From: Bdellovibrio sp.
GTDB taxonomy: Bacteria; Bdellovibrionota; Bdellovibrionia; Bdellovibrionales; Bdellovibrionaceae
NCBI GenBank assembly: GCA_036677065.1
Contig: JAKFBS010000004.1
Span: 480,001-544,000 of the forward strand
DNA: 64,000 nt
Direction of reading: 5' to 3'
A program made the position numbers and the translations under genes. How positions within the stretch are numbered: position 1 is the first letter of the stretch; each line of letters starts with the position of its first letter. This document shows, piece by piece, positions 48,313 through 57,516 of the stretch. The notes below the pieces were generated by a model. The model was not told the DNA's origin and did not search any database. It was given only the letters and a program-made list of their open reading frames with translations.

Positions 48313-49587
48313 ATGAGTAAATTGATAGATCGAAAAGTCTTATCTTGGGCGTTATATGACTGGGCCAACAGCGTTTTTTACACAACGGTTATGGCGGGTT
48401 TTTTTCCGGTATTTTTTAAAAAGTACTGGAACACCGAAGCCACAGTCAGCCAAAGCACTGAACGCTTAGGGGTTATCCTAGCAATTTCAGGTTTTTGCTT
48501 AGCGGTGCTGGCGCCGTGGTTAGGTGTTCTTTCTGACTATCGCAGATCAAAGAAAAAATTCTTAGGTGCATTCATGTTAATGGGAGCAGTAGCCACTGCT
48601 GGATTATTTTATGTACCCCAGGGAGATTGGTTAACTGCAGCGGTTCTTTATGGATTTGCATTTTTTTGTGCCGCAGCCAGTGTTGTTTTTAATGATTCAT
48701 TAATCGTTGGTGTTACCACGCCAGATAAATTCGATAAGGTCTCATCTTTTGGTTTTTCGCTGGGTTATTTAGGCGGCGGTTTATTGTTCTTAGTGAATGT
48801 TTTAATGTTTCAAAAGCCTGAATTTTTCGGACTTTCCAGTGGCTCTGAAGGTGTACGTTGGTCGTTTTTAACAGTTTCAATCTGGTGGGTGGTGTTTTCG
48901 ATTCCCAATTTTTTATACACGCCAGAGCCTGAAGCGATGCCCAGCAACGAGACGGCAGTGCAGTTATTTCTTAAATCTTTGAAAGAACTTAAAAGAACTT
49001 TCTTAGAACTTTTCAGACAAAAGAATTTATTTTTATTTATTGTAGCTTACTGGTTTTATATCGACGGCGTAGCCACAGTGATGTCGATGGCTGTGGATTT
49101 TGGAATCTCGATTGGTTTTGAAGCCGGCGATCTGATTAAGTCTTTGTTGCTGGTGCAATTTGTGGGTTTTCCGGCAGCTTATTTTACCGGCGCTTTAGCT
49201 GGAAAGTTCGGAAGTAAAAAAGTCATCATCGGCTGTTTATTAGTGTACGTATTGGTGGTGTTCGGGGCCTCGGTGATGACTAAGCCTGAACACTTCTACA
49301 TGATGGCAGTGTTAATTGGTCTTGCTCAAGGGGGCGTGCAGGCGCTTTCACGTTCGTTATTTGCGTATCTGATTCCGTCTGAAAAGGCCGGCGAATATTT
49401 TGGATTTTTTAATTTACTTGGTAAATTCGCCTCAGTGCTTGGCCCGTTATTAATGGCAGCCACGGCGCGTGCCTTCGGCCACCCACAAAAGACGATTTTA
49501 AGTTTATTATTGTTATTTATTTGCGGAATTTACTTTTTAAGCCGCGTACAAGTGCGACCGGCTGAGGTCAAAAGAGCTACTGCTTAG
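48313..49587 (+). CDS. MFS transporter, Atg22/UMF1-like
   Basis: WALYDWANS, GFSLGYLGG, SRSLFA, EYFGFF. Confidence 0.9.
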   Translation: MSKLIDRKVLSWALYDWANSVFYTTVMAGFFPVFFKKYWNTEATVSQSTERLGVILAISGFCLAVLAPWLGVLSDYRRSKKKFLGAFMLMGAVATAGLFYVPQGDWLTAAVLYGFAFFCAAASVVFNDSLIVGVTTPDKFDKVSSFGFSLGYLGGGLLFLVNVLMFQKPEFFGLSSGSEGVRWSFLTVSIWWVVFSIPNFLYTPEPEAMPSNETAVQLFLKSLKELKRTFLELFRQKNLFLFIVAYWFYIDGVATVMSMAVDFGISIGFEAGDLIKSLLLVQFVGFPAAYFTGALAGKFGSKKVIIGCLLVYVLVVFGASVMTKPEHFYMMAVLIGLAQGGVQALSRSLFAYLIPSEKAGEYFGFFNLLGKFASVLGPLLMAATARAFGHPQKTILSLLLLFICGIYFLSRVQVRPAEVKRATA

Positions 49588-49744
49588 GTGGCTCGGTTTT
49601 TTCGCTGTCGCTGTGTTGGTGTTTTTGGATCTCAAGGGCCTTCTTGCCTGTGATGCCAACCCACTCCGGAAAGAAGACAGCGATGACGATAAAAATCATC
49701 GTAAATAGTGCAAAAAATCCAATAAGAATCCAAATAATTTCCAT
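49577..49744 (-). CDS. Small single-TM protein
   Basis: MEIIWILIG...PEWVGITGK; TATAAT just upstream. Confidence 0.65.
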   Translation of the reverse strand: MEIIWILIGFFALFTMIFIVIAVFFPEWVGITGKKALEIQKHQHSDSEKTEPPKQ

Positions 49745-49805
49745 AATATAGCCATTATACATTCAATCTGTGACAGAAGTCTAAGTTTTTGGTATCCGAA
49801 CACCC

Positions 49806-50408
49806 ATGAGTTATAAGGTACAAGATCACTACTTTAAAAAGGCCAAAGAGCAAAATTTTGTGGCGCGTTCGGTTTTTAAGCTAGAAGAGATCGATCAAAA
49901 ATTTAAAATTATTTCTGCTGGCCAAAAGATTCTTGATCTAGGCGCCTCTCCAGGTTCGTGGTCACAATACTGCTCAAAAAAGATCGGCCCAAACGGGCGT
50001 CTTCTTGGTGTTGATTTAACTGAAATCGATTTAAAACTAAGTAAAACGATGAGTAACGCTAAATTCATTCAGGCAGATTTGCGTGATATCAATTTAGAAG
50101 AAATTTTTAAAGAGTATGGCTTTAATGAGCCGTTTGATATCGTGTTGTCTGATATGGCCCCAAAAACGACGGGCATTCGCATTACTGATCAGGCCCGTTC
50201 GTATGAGCTTTGTGATATTGCTCTGAATGTGGCGCGTAAATTTTTACGTAAAGACGGCCACTTTGTTTGCAAGTTATTTCATTCGGATGATTTTTCAAAA
50301 TTACGCGAAGAAATCAAAAAAGACTTTCAAAAGTTCGAAGCTGTTAAGCCCGATTCGACCCGTAAGATTTCGAAAGAAATTTTTTTGGTCGGTCTTAAGA
50401 AAAAATAA
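49806..50408 (+). CDS. rlmE: 23S rRNA Um2552 2'-O-methyltransferase RlmE/FtsJ
   Basis: ARSVFKLEEID, LDLGASPGSWSQ, SDMAP, KP.STR..SKE. Confidence 0.95.
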   Translation: MSYKVQDHYFKKAKEQNFVARSVFKLEEIDQKFKIISAGQKILDLGASPGSWSQYCSKKIGPNGRLLGVDLTEIDLKLSKTMSNAKFIQADLRDINLEEIFKEYGFNEPFDIVLSDMAPKTTGIRITDQARSYELCDIALNVARKFLRKDGHFVCKLFHSDDFSKLREEIKKDFQKFEAVKPDSTRKISKEIFLVGLKKK

Positions 50409-51097
50409 TGTCTATTGTAAATGTGATTTTTGAGAACAATGACTTTATCGCCTGCGATAAGCCAGCAGGCGTATTAAGTGTACCTGACCGTCATAAATCT
50501 GATCGCCCGTGTTTAGGTTTAGAGCTGCAAAAGCAAAAGGGCATTCAAATTTATCCGGTGCACCGCTTAGATCTAGAAGTGAGTGGTTTAATTCTTTTTG
50601 CCAAAAACTCTCGCGGTCACAAGGCTTCGCAAGATTGGTTTGCTAAAAAGCTCTTACAGAAAAAATATAAAGCTTTAACGTTAAAACAAGATTTCATGCA
50701 TTGGCCAGAAAACGTGAAAGCTGCGCGCGAGACCTTAACTTTAACACCAGGGTCTGAGTTTCTATGGAAGATGAACATCTTGCGTGGCAAAAGAAGGTCT
50801 TTTGAATCACCTCACGGCGACCCAGCTGAAACCAAAGCTATATATAGAGGTGAGCGTGGTGAATTTCTTGAGTGGGATATGTATCCTATTACAGGGCGCT
50901 CGCATCAGCTTAGATTAGAATTAAGTCGCCACGGATTTCCTATCGTGGGTGATGAATTATATGGGTCTAAAGTTAGTCTAAATGCTTTGCAATGGCCCTT
51001 TGGGCCCCTGGCTTTAAGAGCAATTGAAATCACTTTTAATGAGCAAATTTGTTCAGATTTTGATTTTCCTTTTGTACTATCAGCTACTTATCTTTAA
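50408..51097 (+). CDS. RluA-family pseudouridine synthase
   Basis: DKPAG, VHRLDLEVSG, TGRSHQLR, PIVGDELYG. Confidence 0.92.
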   Translation: MSIVNVIFENNDFIACDKPAGVLSVPDRHKSDRPCLGLELQKQKGIQIYPVHRLDLEVSGLILFAKNSRGHKASQDWFAKKLLQKKYKALTLKQDFMHWPENVKAARETLTLTPGSEFLWKMNILRGKRRSFESPHGDPAETKAIYRGERGEFLEWDMYPITGRSHQLRLELSRHGFPIVGDELYGSKVSLNALQWPFGPLALRAIEITFNEQICSDFDFPFVLSATYL

Positions 51098-51248
51098 GTA
51101 AGATCATTTCACTTTTACGCGCTGCGTTTTCAAGAGCACTTTTCTTCTAAAAGTCTGCAATATTTACTTTTCAGATGGTTCCAATCTGGGTACAAGTAGT
51201 TCGTCTCTGGAACCACCAAAGACATTACACCCATGAAGGGGGTTATCA

Positions 51249-52016
51249 ATGAAAGCATTAGTGAAATTAACAGTAGCAGCATTGTCTTTCGCAGTTATCA
51301 TCGGAGCGCAAACTGCAAAAGCTGACAACGATATCGAAAAAATCATCGGTAAGAATGATTTAATCGCGGTAGACGCTGAAGCAACAAACATCCCAGTTAA
51401 ATATAAACGTTTAGTGGATGCATTCGGTAAATTAGGTATGGGCTGTACAGCTACTCATATCGGTGGTGGTTACGTATTAACAGCAGGTCACTGTTTTTGG
51501 GCTGGCGAAAAAGCTATCGAAAATCAAGACTGTCCTGGTGCTGAAAATGAAATCCAATGGGGTTTTCGTGAAGGCAAAGAGCCTTATTTAGTTTCTAAAT
51601 GTGAAAAAATCATCATGGCTCAAAGAACTCAGAAAATGGACTACGCTTTATTGAAAGTTAGCCCAGTACCTCCGGTTTTTGTAAAAGCTGATTGGTATAA
51701 ACGTGCAAAAGTAGGAGCAAAAGTAACGATCTTCTCTCATCCAGAAGAATTACCGCTACGTTGGTCACAGCTTTGCAAAATTCAAAAAGTAGCTGATGCT
51801 GATTTTGATCAAGCTTTAATTCACCATATCTGTGATACAAACCCAGGTTCATCTGGTGCAACAATCATCGATGCTTATGCACTTAAAGTTGTAGGTATTC
51901 ATGATGGTGGTCGCGCAGATGGTAATGGCGGTGGTTTAAACTACGGCACTTATATCTACGATACTCCACTTCGTAAAATTTTATCTTCATTAAATATCTA
52001 TAGCCAAAAACCATAG
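51249..52016 (+). CDS. Secreted trypsin-like serine protease
   Basis: LTAGHC, DYALL, CDTNPGSSGA, VVGIH. Confidence 0.92.
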   Translation: MKALVKLTVAALSFAVIIGAQTAKADNDIEKIIGKNDLIAVDAEATNIPVKYKRLVDAFGKLGMGCTATHIGGGYVLTAGHCFWAGEKAIENQDCPGAENEIQWGFREGKEPYLVSKCEKIIMAQRTQKMDYALLKVSPVPPVFVKADWYKRAKVGAKVTIFSHPEELPLRWSQLCKIQKVADADFDQALIHHICDTNPGSSGATIIDAYALKVVGIHDGGRADGNGGGLNYGTYIYDTPLRKILSSLNIYSQKP

Positions 52017-52026
52017 GAATTTTTCG

Positions 52027-52716
52027 ATGAAGAATGTCTTTCGCCTTCTATCAGCTTTATTGTTGTGTGGTTGCATTCATGCAACTGCGCAAGACGCAAA
52101 AGTAAATGACAACTATCCTGATGCTTGGTGGGTTTACGTGCCTCCTAGTGAATTAAAAAGTTGGGAGATCGCACCACAGGCTGCAGATCGTTCTAAAGGC
52201 GATGTTATTCTTTCTAAACGTACTGAACTTGGAATTTTTTCTAATTTATCTGAAGCCCATTTTGTACTTGATGGAATTCACTATGCCAGTGTTGAGGGGC
52301 TCTGGCAGGGGATGAAGTATCCAGAAGGGCCTAACGACGAAAGATTGAAAGATCCTAGCGTTGTTTGGCCCTACACTCGCGAACAAGTCTATAAAATGTC
52401 GGGCTTTGAATCTAAAGCTGCCGGTGATGCGGCTAATGCTAACATGAAAGCATTAGGTATTAAGTGGATCACTTATAAAGGCAAAAAAGTTGAATACAAA
52501 ACTGAAGCCGGAAAAATTGAGCACTACAATATTATCTACCGCGCCTCAGAGCAAAAAGTTCTGCAAAACTCTGAAATCAAAAATCTATTATTGCGTACTG
52601 GAACTTTAAAGTTTCTTCCGGATCACACGCAGCAACCTAATCCAGATCCAGCGTACTTATATTTTGATATTTTTATGAAAATCCGTTCTGGGTTAACTAC
52701 AACTTCTGCGCAGTAG
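52027..52716 (+). CDS. NADAR-like protein with lipoprotein-type signal
   Basis: FSNL...FVLDGIHYASVEGLWQGMKY; KVLQNSEIKNLLLRTG; N-terminal LLLCGC. Confidence 0.7.
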   Translation: MKNVFRLLSALLLCGCIHATAQDAKVNDNYPDAWWVYVPPSELKSWEIAPQAADRSKGDVILSKRTELGIFSNLSEAHFVLDGIHYASVEGLWQGMKYPEGPNDERLKDPSVVWPYTREQVYKMSGFESKAAGDAANANMKALGIKWITYKGKKVEYKTEAGKIEHYNIIYRASEQKVLQNSEIKNLLLRTGTLKFLPDHTQQPNPDPAYLYFDIFMKIRSGLTTTSAQ

Positions 52717-52996
52717 AAATATAACAGCGCAGTAAATTCACTGCGCCACTTCTATAATTGGCTGCGCCAATATTAATTTAAAACAAGTTTAAGCAAGACT
52801 TTCGACTGTGATAATTTGTGTCATTTCCACATTTTTTTATTTAATTTTACTGGCTCAAAGTATTAAAAACTAGACCATCGCCTAGTTTAATAATGGAACC
52901 AGTAATTCTTCTTAAAAATTTTAAACAAACGTAGAATGCTAGATTCACGACAAACGGATTTGTTTACTTATAATACTCATTACGAGGGGAGAGTTT

Positions 52997-53806
52997 GTGT
53001 TAAAACCATTTAATGCATTAATCGTTACTGCTGTGATCGCAATTTCATCTGTTGCTATCGCTAAACCTACATTATCAACGAAAATCGTTGGTGGTGAAAA
53101 TGCTCTTAAGGGAGAAATTCCTTACATCGTTTCTTTACGTTCAAAAAGCTACGGCCATTTTTGTGGCGGAAGTTTAATTGGTCAAAACTGGATCTTAACT
53201 GCGGCTCACTGTGTACGCGGTGGAACAATTGATGAAGTATGGATCGGAATGTTAGATCAAAAAGATACAGCTGGCGTTGAAAAAATCAAACCTGCTAAGA
53301 TCATTGCTCACGAAAAATATTCTTCTTCAACAATGGAAAATGACTTTGCTTTAATTAAATTAGCAACAAACTCTTCATTTGCTCCAGTGGCGATGAACAA
53401 TGTTGAAATTTCAATTGATGATTCAATTGACGCTGCACCGATCATGTCTATGACAGCTGGTTGGGGAGCGATTAAAGAAAGCAACTACTCATTACCTAAT
53501 ATGTTACAAAAAGTTAGCGTTCCTTTAGTGAGCACTAATAACTGTAACGTTAAAGAAGCCTACAACGGAGACATTACTGACTCTATGATCTGCGCTGGTT
53601 ACAAAACTGGTGGTAAAGATTCTTGCCAAGGTGATTCTGGTGGACCTTTAGCAATTATCGATGCTGAAACTGGCGTACACACTTTAATCGGTGTTGTGAG
53701 CTGGGGTGAAGGTTGCGCTCGCGCTAACAAATACGGTGTTTACGCAAAAGTAAGCAACGCTTATGAGTGGATCCAAACTAAAATCAACGCTTCATCTGAA
53801 GAATAG
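52997..53806 (+). CDS. Secreted trypsin (S1A)
   Basis: IVGG, HFCGGSLI, LTAAHC, DFAL, DSCQGDSGGP, VSWGEGCA. Confidence 0.96.
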   Translation: MLKPFNALIVTAVIAISSVAIAKPTLSTKIVGGENALKGEIPYIVSLRSKSYGHFCGGSLIGQNWILTAAHCVRGGTIDEVWIGMLDQKDTAGVEKIKPAKIIAHEKYSSSTMENDFALIKLATNSSFAPVAMNNVEISIDDSIDAAPIMSMTAGWGAIKESNYSLPNMLQKVSVPLVSTNNCNVKEAYNGDITDSMICAGYKTGGKDSCQGDSGGPLAIIDAETGVHTLIGVVSWGEGCARANKYGVYAKVSNAYEWIQTKINASSEE

Positions 53807-53834
53807 TTTTTAGCCTTACATTCGAATAGAACGT

Positions 53835-53863
53835 AAAAAAGCCGGGTCCTTCCGGCTTTTTTT
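53835..53863. terminator. Bidirectional rho-independent terminator
   Basis: AAAAAAGCCGG-GTCCTT-CCGGCTTTTTT. Confidence 0.85.
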
Positions 53864-53919
53864 ATTTTAGGTAGGCCGTTCCTTTTTGGGGAGCAACGCG
53901 TCTCAAGGTGAGACGCATC

Positions 53920-54126
53920 TTAAAGGTCTTCTGTGTTTCTGTATTTCCAGACGAATAAACTTAGGGATGCGACGGTAAAGATAATAGCTGCCGCCAAGCC
54001 ATAGCCGTAACCTTCGTCAGGATATTCTGCCATCTTGATTCCAAAATAAAGTACAAAGGCCTTGCCGATAAGCGTGGGCACTAAGAATGATCGGATAAAG
54101 TCTTTAAGGAGAGCTTTGCTGTTCAT
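53920..54126 (-). CDS. Small 2-TM membrane protein
   Basis: Two hydrophobic segments around YPDEGYG. Confidence 0.7.
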   Translation of the reverse strand: MNSKALLKDFIRSFLVPTLIGKAFVLYFGIKMAEYPDEGYGYGLAAAIIFTVASLSLFVWKYRNTEDL

Positions 54127-54191
54127 GGGCTATTTATATGTCACATATTAACAGGGTGTAAAACAATTTTGCAGTCTGCGATTTTTTAAGC

Positions 54192-54276
54192 TGTCTCGGC
54201 GTGATACATCGGTTTTTAATAATTACGTTATATCAACAACTTACGATGAATACAGAAAGTTGGCCCTTAGGTTGCT
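54192..54276 (+). promoter_or_regulatory. sigma54 promoter with IHF site and upstream activator site
   Basis: TGTCTC-N5-GATACA (54192-54208); IHF consensus TATCAACAACTTA (54231-54243); TGGCCC-N5-TTGCT (54261-54276). Confidence 0.7.
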
Positions 54277-54304
54277 TTAACAACTATGAAAAGGAAGAAC
54301 AATT

Positions 54305-54718
54305 ATGAAAACATTAGTAACCCTATTAAAAATCGCGATGTTAGTAACAACATTATCGTTTGTAATGTCTTGTGATAAAAACAACAAGAAGACAAACAAC
54401 AACACAACGGCCTACGGTAACCAAATCTATACTTATGGTGCCAACGGACAATGTATCAACAACCAAACTGGCCAGCAAATGCCAGTGACATACTGCCAAC
54501 AACAGTACAATAACGGTGGTGGATACGGCCAACAACAATGTAATGGAAATCCTAACTTATATATCTGGTCATACGCGGATCAATCTTGCGCCAGCCAACC
54601 ACAATACACAAATGGTCAACAAATGTGTTGGAAGAGCTGTCAGTACACAAACTGTTCAGGTCAAATGGCTTACCCAGGTGGGTCATCAAACCAACAACAA
54701 GGGTATCAGTGCTTATAA
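54305..54718 (+). CDS. Gln/Asn/Cys-rich lipoprotein
   Basis: Lipobox VMSC; low-complexity Q/N/G/Y with 8 further Cys; SD AAGGA. Confidence 0.82.
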   Translation: MKTLVTLLKIAMLVTTLSFVMSCDKNNKKTNNNTTAYGNQIYTYGANGQCINNQTGQQMPVTYCQQQYNNGGGYGQQQCNGNPNLYIWSYADQSCASQPQYTNGQQMCWKSCQYTNCSGQMAYPGGSSNQQQGYQCL

Positions 54719-54768
54719 TTTCTTAGCTACTGGTTCTTAGTTACTTAAACGTTAATTCATAATTGGAG

Positions 54769-54800
54769 AAGGCTTTGTGTTGATCACAAGGCCTTTTTTT
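54769..54800. terminator. Rho-independent terminator
   Basis: AAGGCTTTGTG-TTGAT-CACAAGGCCTT plus T run. Confidence 0.7.
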
Positions 54801-55209
54801 ATTTTAAGGCTTTGATCTGAGCGCAGATGTTTTTGATTTGGCTCATACATTTTTCACGATCAGCCATTTGAGTTTTAGCGGCTTTATCCGAAATCATTTG
54901 AATAGGGCGTTCGCGTTTTTCTAAAGCATAGGCGTAGATATCGCAGGTGCAGTCTTTATCGCAAGTCTCGGCTCTTTGAGCTAAGATCATAAAATCACCT
55001 TCATTAAGTTTTGTGGTCTTTTCATCAATTAATGAATGTAAGGCTTGGCTTTTTTCTGAGATCTGTTGGCTTGAAAGCTTGCATGTGGGCTTGTCAATTT
55101 GAGCTAGCAGAGCATTTGAAAGCTGGGCCAGAGACTGTAGAGTTCTGGCCTGAGCTGTTGTCGTAACTAGGAATAGACTAAGTAAAGCAAAAATAATCGT
55201 AAGTTTCAT
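54799..55209 (-). CDS. Secreted Cys-containing hypothetical protein
   Basis: Signal peptide from ATG 55209; CDKDCTC; directly downstream of the deacetylase. Confidence 0.75.
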   Translation of the reverse strand: MKLTIIFALLSLFLVTTTAQARTLQSLAQLSNALLAQIDKPTCKLSSQQISEKSQALHSLIDEKTTKLNEGDFMILAQRAETCDKDCTCDIYAYALEKRERPIQMISDKAAKTQMADREKCMSQIKNICAQIKALK

Positions 55210-55210
55210 C

Positions 55211-56662
55211 TTACGGAGTATGGTAAGCCTTACCGCGAGACTCTTCAATTAATTTATGTAATGGCGCAATCGTGTACTTAGATTTTAAGTACTTAATCAC
55301 CTTGTCTGTAGCGATCACCGATTGTGGGTGAATATCGTGAAATAAAACGATGCCGCGACCTAATGAATCAATTTGTTTTTTTGAACGTTGAAAAATTGAT
55401 TCGGGATTTTTATCTTGCCAGTCTAAGGTATCCACGTTCCAAGCAATGTGTAACATGTTGTTCTTAGCGATCAATGTGCGGATCGTACCATTCATCGGAC
55501 CACAGGCGCCATAAGGGCAGCGATACATCGTCGGTTTTTCACCGACGACTTTAGCAAAGTCTGTAGAAGCTCTTGTAATCTCTTTATCTAGGCCTGAAGA
55601 ACTTTGTTTTGGTAAGTTTGCATGCGTATATGAATGCGATGCGCGCGAAAATAAGGCGCTCTTCGTTTGTGGAATCGCAGGATATTTAACAATGTTTTGT
55701 GCTTGCCAGAAAAATGTTCCGTGCACGTTGTTGGCCGTTAAAGCATTGACCATACCTTGCGTATGTTTTGGAGCAGGGCCATCATCAAAAGTCATCGCCC
55801 ATTTACCCATTGGAAAACGGTTGCCGGTCACATGACCCTTACCATCTGGACTTGGATAAAGTTCATCTAAAGCTTGCGGTGTGCGAAAGCTATTATTTGT
55901 ATTTAAGAATTCTTGTTCAGATTCATTCGAACGTTCTTTTAAATATTCGGTGAATTTATTTTCGATAAAAGTATCAATGTGAGTTTTCTTACGATTGGCC
56001 ACTAACCATTTAGAGCGTTTGTAAGCTTCGGCAAGCATAGCTTGTGTTGGTTTTAAATAAGCATCAAAAGACGGGGCTTTCACCTTGGCTTGTTCGGTGC
56101 CAAACTGCACATTCACATCATTTAAATTTTGCGCTAAAATGATGATTGCAGATTTGTCGCCTTTTTTCCAAGCTTCATCAACCCATTTTTTAACGTTAGC
56201 AACGATCCACTTACAAGATTTTTGGTAAGGTGAACCTTCAGTGTTAGCATGTTTTAAAGTTAAGTAATAAAGATCTAACATCTCATGCAGATTACGTTCT
56301 GAAAATTCCCAGGCGATTAAATTTTGAAAACGAATTTTAGTAAACTCGTTCACATCATCAGTCGTTAACTGTTCGCCGATTTGTTTTTTGTTGTAGATGA
56401 CATCTAATTTTTCATCAAACGAAAATAACAACTGCTGGGCTACATAGAAAAAACTTCTTTGGCGGTCTAAGTAGTTGGCAAAATCACGTGATTTTTCGCC
56501 ATCATTTGGGTTAGACATTAATTTTTCAAATGTACGTAAGTTTTTTTCTTCGTGATCTTCATATTCGTATGAAGCTGTCGTTCTGGCTTCGTCTTTACGC
56601 CATGTCTGGCAAGAGAATGTAAATAGCAATGCTAATGCTGTAAAAATCTTCATTGATCTCAT
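55211..56662 (-). CDS. Lipoprotein CE4 polysaccharide (peptidoglycan GlcNAc) deacetylase
   Basis: Lipobox TFSC; all NodB motifs present: TFDDGP, HSYTH, RCPYG, DTLDW, LFHD. Confidence 0.92.
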   Translation of the reverse strand: MRSMKIFTALALLFTFSCQTWRKDEARTTASYEYEDHEEKNLRTFEKLMSNPNDGEKSRDFANYLDRQRSFFYVAQQLLFSFDEKLDVIYNKKQIGEQLTTDDVNEFTKIRFQNLIAWEFSERNLHEMLDLYYLTLKHANTEGSPYQKSCKWIVANVKKWVDEAWKKGDKSAIIILAQNLNDVNVQFGTEQAKVKAPSFDAYLKPTQAMLAEAYKRSKWLVANRKKTHIDTFIENKFTEYLKERSNESEQEFLNTNNSFRTPQALDELYPSPDGKGHVTGNRFPMGKWAMTFDDGPAPKHTQGMVNALTANNVHGTFFWQAQNIVKYPAIPQTKSALFSRASHSYTHANLPKQSSSGLDKEITRASTDFAKVVGEKPTMYRCPYGACGPMNGTIRTLIAKNNMLHIAWNVDTLDWQDKNPESIFQRSKKQIDSLGRGIVLFHDIHPQSVIATDKVIKYLKSKYTIAPLHKLIEESRGKAYHTP

Positions 56663-56710
56663 TAAAAGAGCTCCTTTTGGTGTTGTGTAATATTTTTATT
56701 TAACACAGCT

Positions 56711-56738
56711 TTATCGGCCATTTTACGGCAGGGCTAAA
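56711..56738 (-). promoter_or_regulatory. sigma28-like promoter of the deacetylase
   Basis: Minus strand TTTAG-N15-GCCGATAA. Confidence 0.7.
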
Positions 56739-56841
56739 TGTAACAATTCTGGCCTTAGTGATAGATTTAATTCCAAAAGAGTTTATCACGCGCAATATAT
56801 TAGCCTTTAGGACTGGTCTTTATATTGTAGTCATCAGACGT

Positions 56842-57516
56842 ATGAAAACAATGATTGTAAAAACACTATTCACTTTTATTTTAACGACCTTAACTGCGGG
56901 TATGCTTCAGGCACAGACGGCTAAGCTGCACCCGACGATTTACTATATTAAATCTATTGAAATGGATTCACAAAACTGCAGCTCGAAAAAGACAATCTAT
57001 TCAACGACGGGTAAGGCCTTACATAAGGTGTGTGCAAACGACTATAAGACCTGTGTGATCGAAGGCACGTGCGCCATCATCGATGACGAAACTACAGTGA
57101 TTAATTATATCGAGCAAAAAGCGGGTGTACCTTTATTTAAAGAAGTTGATAAAAATAAATGCCCGTATGGCTTAGGCGTTAAAAATATTTGTTTAGATCC
57201 TTACTACACCGTAGCCGCCGATCTTAAGTATCATAATCCGGGGGATGTGATCTTTGTTGAAGAGATGAAGGGCACCAAGCTTCCAAATGGTGAAGTGCAT
57301 GATGGCTTTTTTATTGTACGTGATCGCGGCGGTGCGATTAAGGGTGCTAATCGTTTTGACTTTTACACAGGCTTATTGCATTACAAAAATGAGGATAATC
57401 CATTTACATCGCTTGGCTTTTCAAATGAAAAAGCGTCTTTTCCTTATAGAAAAGCGACAACATCTGAAACTTTATCTGTGAAAAAATCGCGAAACTATCC
57501 GGGGTTACCTTTATAA
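56842..57516 (+). CDS. Exported 3D-domain (MltA-like) protein
   Basis: PTIYY; VAAD...GDVIFV; IVRDRGGAIKG..RFDFYTG; ATG 56842. Confidence 0.85.
   Translation: MKTMIVKTLFTFILTTLTAGMLQAQTAKLHPTIYYIKSIEMDSQNCSSKKTIYSTTGKALHKVCANDYKTCVIEGTCAIIDDETTVINYIEQKAGVPLFKEVDKNKCPYGLGVKNICLDPYYTVAADLKYHNPGDVIFVEEMKGTKLPNGEVHDGFFIVRDRGGAIKGANRFDFYTGLLHYKNEDNPFTSLGFSNEKASFPYRKATTSETLSVKKSRNYPGLPL

Noticed and set aside
51249..52996. DarT-NADAR toxin-antitoxin module
   Set aside because: No ADP-ribosyltransferase ORF adjacent; neighbours are proteases.
56758..56841. Longer N-terminus for the 3D-domain protein
   Set aside because: The signal peptide begins at about ATG 56842/56851.
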